This document shows, one piece after another, positions 32,503-39,468 of a stretch of DNA of 64,000 nucleotides. Source of the DNA: Eubacteriales bacterium (lineage in GTDB: Bacteria > Bacillota > Clostridia > Oscillospirales > RGIG5299); assembly GCA_045588575.1 (NCBI GenBank), contig JAZNEJ010000018.1:16257-80256 (forward strand). Reading direction: 5' to 3'. Positions within the stretch are counted from its first letter, which is position 1. The number at the start of each line of letters is the position of its first letter. The position numbers and the translations under genes are program-made. The notes below the pieces were generated by a model. It saw only the letters and a program-made list of their open reading frames with translations. It did not search any database and was not told the DNA's origin.

Positions 32503-34314
32503 TTACTTCTTAATTATTGCATTGAACTTACATTTTTCAATGCAAGCACCGCACTTAATACATTTGGTTTTATCAATAACGTGAGGCTGCTTAACTGCAC
32601 CGGAGATTGCACCAACAGGGCAAACTCTTGCGCAAGCAGTACATCCCTTACATTTGTCTGCAACAACTTCATAAGAAAGAAGTGATTTACATACTCCTGC
32701 GGGACAACGTTTTTCAACAACGTGAGCAATATACTCATCGCGGAAATAACGAAGGGTAGAAAGAACGGGGTTGGGAGCAGTCTGACCAAGACCGCAAAGA
32801 GAGTTGTTTTTGATGTAGTAGCAGAGCTGTTCCATCTTTTCCAAATCTTCAAGGGTTGCCTGACCGTTGGTAACCTTTTCGAGCATTTCGTAAAGACGTT
32901 TTGTACCGATACGGCAGGGTGCGCATTTTCCGCAAGATTCATCAACTGTGAATTCGAGGAAGAATTTTGCAATATCAACCATACAGTTATCTTCGTCCAT
33001 AACGATAAGACCGCCGGAACCCATCATGGAACCGATGGCAATAAGGTTATCGTAATCTATCGGAACGTCTAAATGCTCGGCAGGGATACAACCGCCTGAA
33101 GGACCGCCGGTTTGAGCAGCCTTAAACTTTTTGCCATTGGGAATGCCGCCGCCGATTTCTTCGATGATGGTGCGGAGAGTGGTTCCCATGGGAACTTCAA
33201 CAAGACCGGTGTTGTTTATTTTTCCGCCGAGAGCGAAAACTTTGGTTCCCTTGCTCTTTTCGGTACCCATAGAAGCAAACCATTCGGGACCGTTTAAGAT
33301 GATTTGAGCAATGTTTGCATAAGTTTCAACATTGTTAAGAATTGTGGGTTTGCCGAAAAGACCTTTAACTGCGGGGAACGGAGGACGGGGACGGGGTTCG
33401 CCTCTGTGGCCTTCGATTGAAACCATAAGAGCAGTTTCTTCACCGCAAACGAAAGCGCCTGCGCCGAGACGGATTTCAAGGTCGAATGAGAAATCGGTGC
33501 CGAAAATGTTTTTTCCGAGCAAGCCGTATTCTTTAGCTTGGTCTATAGCAATCTGAAGACGCTTAACAGCAATGGGGTATTCAGCACGAATGTAGATATA
33601 ACCTTGGTCGGAGCCTATTGCATAAGCGGCAATAGCCATAGCTTCAATAACGGCGTGCGGGTCGCCTTCAAGAACGGAACGGTCCATAAATGCGCCGGGG
33701 TCGCCTTCGTCGGCGTTACAGCAAACGTATTTCTTATCGGAAACGGATTTGCTTGCAAATTCCCACTTGCGTCCGGTGGGGAAGCCTGCGCCGCCTCTTC
33801 CGCGAAGTCCGGAAGCGGTAATGGTTGCAATAACGTCTTGGGGCGTCATTTCGGTAAGAACTTTTCCAAGAGCCTTGTAACCGTCGTAAGCTATATATTC
33901 ATCAATGTTTTCGGGGTTGATAACACCGCAGTTTTTAAGAGCAACACGCTTTTGCTTTTTATAGAAAGCGGTATCGTTTAATGAATAAATAAGGTTTTCA
34001 ACCTGCTTTGCTTCTTCGGGATTTTTGCCGGTATCTTTGTAAACGAGTCTTTCAACGGGACGTCCTTTTAAAAGATGCTCGGAAACAATTTCCGGAATAT
34101 CTTCCTCTTTAACGAGGCTGTAAAAAGTGCCGTCGGGATAGACAATCATAATGGGGCCGAGTGCGCAAAGACCGAAACAACCGGTTTGCACAACGCCTAC
34201 TTCGTTTTCAAGTCCGTTTTTTGCAATTTCTTCTTCGAGTTTTTGTCTGAGGGCAGGGCTTCCGGAAGAAGTACAACCGGTACCGCCGCAGACTAAAACG
34301 TGTGAACGAATCAT
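32503..34314 (-). CDS. hydB: NuoF-like flavoprotein subunit of hydrogenase (HydB/HndC)
   Basis: 603 aa with an N-terminal thioredoxin-like 2Fe-2S domain, NuoF FMN/NADH motifs (GRGGAGFPTG, CNADEGDPGAF), SLBB, the N3 cluster ESCGKCAPCR and two C-terminal 4Fe-4S motifs. Confidence 0.94.
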   Translation of the reverse strand: MIRSHVLVCGGTGCTSSGSPALRQKLEEEIAKNGLENEVGVVQTGCFGLCALGPIMIVYPDGTFYSLVKEEDIPEIVSEHLLKGRPVERLVYKDTGKNPEEAKQVENLIYSLNDTAFYKKQKRVALKNCGVINPENIDEYIAYDGYKALGKVLTEMTPQDVIATITASGLRGRGGAGFPTGRKWEFASKSVSDKKYVCCNADEGDPGAFMDRSVLEGDPHAVIEAMAIAAYAIGSDQGYIYIRAEYPIAVKRLQIAIDQAKEYGLLGKNIFGTDFSFDLEIRLGAGAFVCGEETALMVSIEGHRGEPRPRPPFPAVKGLFGKPTILNNVETYANIAQIILNGPEWFASMGTEKSKGTKVFALGGKINNTGLVEVPMGTTLRTIIEEIGGGIPNGKKFKAAQTGGPSGGCIPAEHLDVPIDYDNLIAIGSMMGSGGLIVMDEDNCMVDIAKFFLEFTVDESCGKCAPCRIGTKRLYEMLEKVTNGQATLEDLEKMEQLCYYIKNNSLCGLGQTAPNPVLSTLRYFRDEYIAHVVEKRCPAGVCKSLLSYEVVADKCKGCTACARVCPVGAISGAVKQPHVIDKTKCIKCGACIEKCKFNAIIKK

Positions 34315-34331
34315 TTTCAGTTTCCTCCTAT

Positions 34332-34706
34332 TTAGCCGTTATGAGCGCCGATGGTGTATTCGGTTACAACTTTTCCGCCCTTAATGTGTTCGTTGATAAC
34401 GCGTTTTGCTTTTTCGGGGTTCATTTTAACGTAAGTAACCTTTTCTTTACCTGCTTCGAAAATTTCGACAACCGGTTCATACTGGCAAATTCCGATACAA
34501 CCTGTTTGAGTAACGGTTACCGAATTTGCAATGTTTTTTTCCTGAACTTCTTCAACAAAGGTGTTGAGAACAGGTCTTGCGCCTGCCGCAATGCCGCAGG
34601 TTGCCATGCCGACAACTATACGGATTGAATGCTCGACAGAGTCTCTGATTGCGATTTTGCCTTTCATTTTTTCTCTGATTGCCTCAAGATCTGCTAGGCT
34701 TTTCAT
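34332..34706 (-). CDS. Thioredoxin-like [2Fe-2S] ferredoxin (HndB/HydD-like)
   Basis: 124 aa with Cys pattern MATCGIAAG...TGCIGIC. Its position upstream of hydB matches the hnd/hyd operons I recall. Confidence 0.85.
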   Translation of the reverse strand: MKSLADLEAIREKMKGKIAIRDSVEHSIRIVVGMATCGIAAGARPVLNTFVEEVQEKNIANSVTVTQTGCIGICQYEPVVEIFEAGKEKVTYVKMNPEKAKRVINEHIKGGKVVTEYTIGAHNG

Positions 34707-34720
34707 GAAAAAATACCTCC

Positions 34721-34749
34721 ATATTATAATAATTTTTTATAGTGGACAA
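34721..34749 (-). promoter_or_regulatory. Candidate internal promoter (TTGTCC-17-TAATAT) ahead of the ferredoxin-hydB-hydA genes
   Basis: It lies in a 61-nt non-coding gap, one of only three sizeable gaps inside the operon. -35 is at 34749-34744. -10 is TAATAT at 34726-34721, or TATAAT with a 15-nt spacer. Confidence 0.3.
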
Positions 34750-34767
34750 ATATAAATATAAAACGTA

Positions 34768-35316
34768 TTACGTATTATATTGCTCGTTTAAGAATTCCTT
34801 AACCCAATTAAGCACTTCGGGGGAATTTAAGGGAACTTCACCCAACACCTCTCTTAATTCCTTGGTGTAAAGCTTAACCGATTTACAAGGTGTTTCGTGA
34901 ACAAAGAGAAAATCAATATCGGGATTGCCCTGCAAAAGCACACAAACGGTGCTTGCTATATCGCCGAGCGGAGTAAAATCAATGTTATTGGTATCAAAGG
35001 TTGCTGAAACTACTGTTCCGTGGTTTTCGGAATCGTCTTTTTCACTAACAGATGATATGGTAACAGTTCCGCCTGCTTGCTCGCTTGCGAGCTTTAAAAG
35101 GGGAATACCCATACCGACTTTTCTGGTGGTTCGGGTGGTGAAAAAAGGGTCTGAAACGGAATTTAACATCTCTTTGGTCATTCCCGTTCCGTCATCTTTG
35201 ATTTTTAAAGTTAAAATTCCGTTTTTATCTTCATTTAAGAGTATTTCAATGTTTTTTGCTTTTGCTTTAACGGAATTCATCGCAATATCAAGAATATTTA
35301 AAGAAAGCTCTTTCAT
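34768..35316 (-). CDS. Stand-alone histidine-kinase-like ATPase (HATPase_c only; no HisKA/DHp, no sensor)
   Basis: 182 aa with N-box NILDIAMNS, G1 DDGTGM and G2 GMGIPL. Its start overlaps the PHP gene stop (ATGA). Confidence 0.8.
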   Translation of the reverse strand: MKELSLNILDIAMNSVKAKAKNIEILLNEDKNGILTLKIKDDGTGMTKEMLNSVSDPFFTTRTTRKVGMGIPLLKLASEQAGGTVTISSVSEKDDSENHGTVVSATFDTNNIDFTPLGDIASTVCVLLQGNPDIDFLFVHETPCKSVKLYTKELREVLGEVPLNSPEVLNWVKEFLNEQYNT

Positions 35317-36044
35317 AAACCGAGCGCTTTGAAAAAGGCGTTTGTTAAAGCCTTTTCGTCGCCGAGCGCCTCCTCTTCCAAAGAAAGTCTGTTTACGGCC
35401 TCACTTATATCCCAAAGATGATGAGAGTCTGAATTATAAAGAAATTTTGCATTTTTAATTGAGTATTTTTCAATGCATTCTTCTTTATTCAACCTTGAAT
35501 TAAGCTCAATAAGATTAAAACCGTATTCGGAAGGAATTGTGCCGAGAATTGCAGCCATTCCGTTCGAGGTTCTGTCAATATGAGCGGGGAAAACTGCGGC
35601 GTTATATTTTTTTGCTTCAGAAATAGCATCGTCAACAGTTAATGAGGTTGCATTTATAAGCAAAAGATTTTCAGTGTCAATTACGTTGTCATCGGAATCA
35701 ACTATAAGCTGATTTCCGAAGATTTCGGTTTTGTTTTCAACAGGCAAAAGCTTTGTTTTAACAAAACTGCCAAAAGACAAGGCGTCTTGTTGGGAACGGA
35801 AAAGCAATACCATATGAATATCTTCTGCGGTAGTAAGCTCAATTCCTGCTATCGGCAGAATATTAAAATATCGGCAACATTCAAAAAAAGCGGGAATATT
35901 TGCAGTGGAATTGTGGTCGGTTAGAGCAACTATTCCAAGACCTTTAATGTGCGCCATTCCTGCAATGTTTGCCGGAGTCATATCATCGTCTGCACAAGGT
36001 GAAAGGCAGGAATGAATGTGTAAGTCGTAAGCAAAACTTTTCAT
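35313..36044 (-). CDS. PHP-domain phosphoesterase
   Basis: 243 aa with YDLHIHSCLSPCADDD and ALTDHNS, typical of the PHP metal-binding motifs. ATGA overlap with the upstream DRTGG gene. Confidence 0.85.
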   Translation of the reverse strand: MKSFAYDLHIHSCLSPCADDDMTPANIAGMAHIKGLGIVALTDHNSTANIPAFFECCRYFNILPIAGIELTTAEDIHMVLLFRSQQDALSFGSFVKTKLLPVENKTEIFGNQLIVDSDDNVIDTENLLLINATSLTVDDAISEAKKYNAAVFPAHIDRTSNGMAAILGTIPSEYGFNLIELNSRLNKEECIEKYSIKNAKFLYNSDSHHLWDISEAVNRLSLEEEALGDEKALTNAFFKALGL

Positions 36045-36373
36045 AAACCGAGTATTTTTCCCAGTTCAACCGAAACTTCAAAGGAGTTTTTGGGAGAACG
36101 AAGGAGATTTATTTGTTTTGATTTCGCAATTGAAATAAGTTCATCGGAAATTTCGGCATTTTCGGTTATTATAATGCAAGAAACGTCCGCAAGAGAAGCA
36201 ACTGCCAAAACGTTTACGTTGGTCATTATGGTAATCCAAGCGTAATCGCTTTTTGCTCTACCCATTACCCAACTTAAAAGGTCGCCGGAGTAACCGCCCA
36301 AAACTTCTCTTTCGGGCTCGGCTAAATTAACCGTTTCGAGAGATAAGGTTTTTATTAAGGCTTCCAGTGTCAT
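36041..36373 (-). CDS. DRTGG-domain protein (copy 2)
   Basis: 110 aa, similar in length and layout to the 38128..38484 protein. Its start abuts the HydS-like stop with no gap. Confidence 0.7.
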   Translation of the reverse strand: MTLEALIKTLSLETVNLAEPEREVLGGYSGDLLSWVMGRAKSDYAWITIMTNVNVLAVASLADVSCIIITENAEISDELISIAKSKQINLLRSPKNSFEVSVELGKILGL

Positions 36374-37669
36374 TTACTCGCCGCCTTTCTTTTTGCGCAT
36401 AACACGCAGATAACGCTCACGGAAACGCATAATGCAATCGTCTTCAGAGGCTTCGCCTGAAACTATGTCTTCGGCGAGAGCTCTGCAAGAGGGAGCACCG
36501 CAAGAGCCGCAGTCGAGGTCGGGAAAACGTGAACAAATATTCTGAATTTCCGACATCTTTTGCAAAGCGGAATCCATATTGTCATCAAGACGTAAAATGG
36601 GGTTGTGGGTAAGTTGGTTTTTCCAAAGATATTCCTCGGGCACGGGGCTTTGATTTTCGTCTTCCCAAACGCCGTTTATGCGGTTTTGAGAAACCGGCAA
36701 ATAACGTTTAAGATTTTGAAGCCTTGCCTTTGAAATATAAGGATTAACAATATTGAGCGCACCGCCGACACAACCGCCGTTGCAAGCGTTTAATTCTATA
36801 AACTCAAGATTTTGAATGTTTCCGTTTTCAATTTCGTCAAGAACTTTTATAACGTTCTCAATTCCGTCTGCCGCAAGGTAGCGGTCGTTGAAAAGAGAAA
36901 CGGATTCGCCGCCGGAAGCGGCCCAACCCACGCCTATAAGTCCTGTTTTGCAAAGACTTTTAGGCTCGTCTATTTTTTTCATTGCGGGAATCAGTCTGAA
37001 ACAAATTTCGCTCATTGAAAGAGCTCCGTCAACCTCGCTCTTATCAAGACCGATGGTGTTTCGCACGTAGCTTACCTTTGCGGGACAGGGAGATATGAAG
37101 AAAACTCCTATATCATCATATTTGAGCTCGGGGTGCTTTTCCATAGCGGCTTTTTTCGCAAGCTTTGCGGCAAGCTCGATTGGCGGTAATAAGGGTAAAA
37201 CGTTTTCGCAGAGTGAAGGGAATCTTACGGCAATTATTCGAACGACGGCAGGACATGCAGAACTTATAACGGGCTTGGGAATGTTGTCGGCGTGAAGAAA
37301 TTTGCGAGTGTATTCCGAAATTATTTCGGCAGCGCTTGCAACTTCAAAAACATCGTCGAAGCCAATTTCCAAAAGTCCCGTGAGAATGAGGTCGAGGTCG
37401 TCGATATTATCGAATTGGCCGTAAAGAGTAGGGGCGGGAAGAGCTATTTTGTATTTAAAAGACTCAATAACCGAAGCGTCGTCAAAGCTTGCCTTCTTTG
37501 CCTTGTTGGGACAAACGCGAATGCATTCTCCGCAGTCTATGCAAAGCTCGGATTTAATAACGGCGTGGCCGTCACGTATACGAATTGCCTCGGTGGGACA
37601 TCTTTTAAGGCAGGTTGTACATCCTTTGCATCTTTCTTTAAGAAGATAAACAGAGTGTAAAACTGACAT
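36374..37669 (-). CDS. hydS: Sensory-type [FeFe]-hydrogenase-like protein (HydS-like; 2x[4Fe-4S] + H-domain + C-terminal 4-Cys motif, no PAS)
   Basis: 431 aa with two CxxCxxCxxxCP motifs (C14-C24, C43-C53). H-cluster-like motifs are SSACPAV (res 136-142), SPCPAK (C195) and ELNACNGGCVGG (C296, C300). C-terminal C387-x2-C390-x4-C395-x16-C412. Confidence 0.8.
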   Translation of the reverse strand: MSVLHSVYLLKERCKGCTTCLKRCPTEAIRIRDGHAVIKSELCIDCGECIRVCPNKAKKASFDDASVIESFKYKIALPAPTLYGQFDNIDDLDLILTGLLEIGFDDVFEVASAAEIISEYTRKFLHADNIPKPVISSACPAVVRIIAVRFPSLCENVLPLLPPIELAAKLAKKAAMEKHPELKYDDIGVFFISPCPAKVSYVRNTIGLDKSEVDGALSMSEICFRLIPAMKKIDEPKSLCKTGLIGVGWAASGGESVSLFNDRYLAADGIENVIKVLDEIENGNIQNLEFIELNACNGGCVGGALNIVNPYISKARLQNLKRYLPVSQNRINGVWEDENQSPVPEEYLWKNQLTHNPILRLDDNMDSALQKMSEIQNICSRFPDLDCGSCGAPSCRALAEDIVSGEASEDDCIMRFRERYLRVMRKKKGGE

Positions 37670-37706
37670 AAAAACTCTCCCTTCGTAAAAAGAATGAATT
37701 TAAAAA

Positions 37707-38135
37707 TCAGAACAAAACATCCATAGTAACAACGGTTCCTTGACCTACAACCGATTGAATATCAAGCATATCGGTGTATTTTTTCATGTTCGGCAAGCCC
37801 ATTCCGGCGCCGAAACCGAGAGAACGCACGTTGTCTTTTGCGGTGGAATAGCCTTCTTGCATGGCAAGCTCGATGTTTTCAATTCCCGGTCCTTTATCGC
37901 TTAAAACGATTCTTACGCGGTCGTTGTAAACAAAGACGTCGGCTGTTCCGCCGTTTGCGTGAATTACCATGTTGATTTCGCCCTCATACATAGCAATTGA
38001 AACGCGTTTTACAACATCGGGGTCGATGTGAAGCTGACGTAATAATTTTTTGACGTTAACGGAGGCTTCGCCCGCAGAGGTGAAACTATCGCCGTCAACG
38101 TTAAAATGAAATCTTACGGGATTGGAGTTATCCAT
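37707..38135 (-). CDS. RsbW/SpoIIAB-like Ser/Thr kinase-type ATPase (HATPase_c_2-like anti-sigma regulatory factor family)
   Basis: The track ORF extends to 38216. I prefer the ATG at 38135 (MDNSNPVRF...), which overlaps the DRTGG stop (ATGGATAA). G1 DKGPGI, G2 GFGAGMGL. 142 aa. Confidence 0.75.
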   Translation of the reverse strand: MDNSNPVRFHFNVDGDSFTSAGEASVNVKKLLRQLHIDPDVVKRVSIAMYEGEINMVIHANGGTADVFVYNDRVRIVLSDKGPGIENIELAMQEGYSTAKDNVRSLGFGAGMGLPNMKKYTDMLDIQSVVGQGTVVTMDVLF

Positions 38136-38484
38136 TGATAACACAACCGCCGTTAAGGCCGTTATCAAAAAGCTTTCCGCAAGCAGGATACATGCGTTCA
38201 TCGGAAGCCAAAACAACTATTCCGGATTCATCTGCAAGGCGGATAACATCGTCAGCAGGCTGTTTTCCTCTTACAAAAACGATACAACGCATATCCATCA
38301 TTACGGCTGTTCTTACAACTTGCATATTTACAAGACCGGTAATTAAAACCGCTTGGTCTTTTACAAATGCAAGGACATCGCTCATCATATCGGAAGCACA
38401 GGCGGAATGAACCTCGGATTCGAGCTTGTCTTCGCCGCAAAGAACGCGAGCTTCAAGAAGAGATGCAATAGTACTGATTTTCAT
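38128..38484 (-). CDS. DRTGG-domain protein (copy 1)
   Basis: 118 aa with LITGLVNMQVVRTA and CIVFVRG blocks, as in DRTGG-domain proteins. Confidence 0.7.
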   Translation of the reverse strand: MKISTIASLLEARVLCGEDKLESEVHSACASDMMSDVLAFVKDQAVLITGLVNMQVVRTAVMMDMRCIVFVRGKQPADDVIRLADESGIVVLASDERMYPACGKLFDNGLNGGCVING

Positions 38485-38513
38485 TGTAAACCATCCTTTA
38501 GAGGTTATTTAAC

Positions 38514-39005
38514 TCAATACTTTTCGAGTATTTCGGGGATTTGTGCTGCAGTAAGCTTGCCGTAAACGTCATCGTTAACGGTCATAACGGGAGCAAGACC
38601 GCAACAGCCGATGCAACGGGTTGCAATAAGAGAAAACTTTCCGTCGGGAGTAATGCCGCCGGATTTGATATTGAGAATTTGCGATGCCTTATCGAATACT
38701 TCCTGAGCGCCTTTAACGTAGCAAGCGGTGCCAAGACAAATTCCAACTTCATACTTGCCTTTGGGCTGAATAGAGAAGAAAGAATAGAAGCTTACAACAC
38801 CGTATACTTCTTCAAGCGGAAGATCCAAGCCTTCTGCAATAAAGGTTTGAACTTCGAGAGGAAGATATCCGTAGATTTCCTGTGCTTTTTTAAGAACTTG
38901 AATAAGAGCACCGGGAACGTTTTTGAAATCGGCGATAACAGCATCGAGTTTTGCGTGCTTTTCAGCCGAGTCCGTAAAGGGAACAATCTGCAACTTGTTT
39001 TTCAT
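38514..39005 (-). CDS. hydC: NuoE-like [2Fe-2S] subunit of hydrogenase (HydC/HndA)
   Basis: 163 aa with Cys pattern CLGTAC...CIGCCGLAP. It is the first gene of the operon. RBS GAAGGAGG. Confidence 0.9.
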   Translation of the reverse strand: MKNKLQIVPFTDSAEKHAKLDAVIADFKNVPGALIQVLKKAQEIYGYLPLEVQTFIAEGLDLPLEEVYGVVSFYSFFSIQPKGKYEVGICLGTACYVKGAQEVFDKASQILNIKSGGITPDGKFSLIATRCIGCCGLAPVMTVNDDVYGKLTAAQIPEILEKY

Positions 39006-39093
39006 TCAGTTGCCTCCTTCTTTAGTAATACAAAATGTTGATTTTGCCTATATAGAAAATGTAAAAATACATAAATAGAATATAGACTAAGTT

Positions 39094-39122
39094 ATTATAA
39101 CATAAATTAAGATGAATGTCTA
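39094..39122 (-). promoter_or_regulatory. Proximal promoter candidate of hyd operon (TAGACA-17-TATAAT)
   Basis: On the minus strand, TAGACA at 39122-39117, a 17-nt spacer, and TATAAT at 39099-39094. It lies about 90 nt upstream of the hydC ATG and downstream of the 39168-39195 terminator. Confidence 0.45.
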
Positions 39123-39167
39123 TAAGAAAAACAGAAATATTGACAAAAAATTATCAAATAATTTGCG

Positions 39168-39195
39168 AAAAAAACTTCCCTCGGGAAGAGGGAAG
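39168..39195 (-). terminator. Intrinsic terminator ending the upstream non-coding unit
   Basis: Minus strand reads CTTCCCTC-ttccc-GAGGGAAG followed by U7 (plus-strand A-run 39168-39174). Confidence 0.75.
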
Positions 39196-39318
39196 CTGAT
39201 ATGTAAATTTGTTTATAAGGTTTTATTGAACAACTGTGTGTTTTTACAAAGCAATACTAGATTTCTTTGATGCAAACCTCCTTAAAAGATTTTAAAAAGA
39301 AACCTTGAGTTCAATTGC

Positions 39319-39449
39319 TGCATTGGACTCACCCTTTCACTGAAGTTGAGAGCTGTTTTGTGCATTGGACTCACCTCTCTGAATAGACACAACAGAATTA
39401 AAAGTGTTGCCGGGAAAGTTGCCTTTTAATAGTTTTTTGGACTCAACCC
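39319..39449 (-). repeat. Three direct copies of GGGT(T)GAGTCCAA motif (two are a perfect 15-mer GGTGAGTCCAATGCA)
   Basis: Plus-strand TGCATTGGACTCACC occurs at 39319-39333 and 39361-39375 (15/15 identical, 42 nt apart). The third copy, TTGGACTCAACCC, is at 39437-39449. Confidence 0.9.
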
Positions 39450-39468
39450 TTTCCTTTATCTTGTCTAT

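Larger units (their letters stand above)
39168..39462 (-). ncRNA. Candidate ~295-nt structured RNA (independent sRNA or attenuating leader of hyd/hydS operon), family unknown
   Basis: Bounded by a perfect sigma-A promoter (39469-39497) and the terminator above. The longest ORF is 27 aa. It contains three copies of a GGGTGAGTCCAA-type motif and several hairpins. Confidence 0.4.

Noticed and set aside
34763-34776. Tandem 7-mer ACGTATT ACGTATT, also readable as the palindrome ACGTAnTACGT, at the end of the HATPase gene.
   Set aside because: Short AT-rich repeats and palindromes of this size are expected by chance. Half of it is coding sequence (Asn-Thr-stop), and it matches no operator consensus I know.
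35311-36052. Identical 14-nt string TTTCATAAACCGAG (plus strand) at two gene junctions in the cassette (35311-35324 and 36039-36052).
   Set aside because: It is explained by both upstream proteins ending in Leu-Gly-Leu with a TGA stop overlapping an ATG-AAA start (CTCGGTTTATGAAA). It may reflect shared ancestry or selection for coupling, but it is too short to support a separate functional claim.
37707-38216. N-terminally extended ORF-track starts (10401, 26407, 38216, 46438, 50945, 52132, 52529, 53631, 54433, 60244, 62473).
   Set aside because: In each case an internal ATG matches the family's conserved N-terminus, has a Shine-Dalgarno sequence, and abuts or overlaps the upstream stop codon (ATGA-type coupling). 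The extensions overlap the preceding gene and look non-coding.
39006-39300. Rex (redox-sensing repressor) operators upstream of the hyd and rnf operons.
   Set aside because: I looked for TTGTTAA-N4-TTAACAA / TTGTGAA-N6-TTCACAA-type inverted repeats in 39006-39300 and 19206-19340 and found only single half-site-like strings (for example TTGTTATCTTTGATATTGACA). The scan was by eye, so a degenerate site could have been missed.
39319-39449. Whether the three repeats are a degenerate CRISPR array or a mobile-element terminal repeat.
   Set aside because: There are only three copies of 13-17 nt with irregular spacing (42 and about 76 nt). There are no cas genes, no inverted terminal arrangement, no target-site duplication and no transposase nearby.
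39168-39462. Identity of the non-coding unit with known ~270-nt Firmicute RNAs (large SRP/scRNA, 6S, T-box leader, PyrR site).
   Set aside because: It lacks the SRP domain IV core (GUCAGGUCCGGAAGGAAGCAGC). It lacks the T-box 14-mer (AGGGUGGNACCGCG); AAGGGUGAGUCC only resembles its first bases. The downstream genes are neither aaRS nor pyr genes. CAGAGAGG resembles part of a PyrR site, but the context is wrong.
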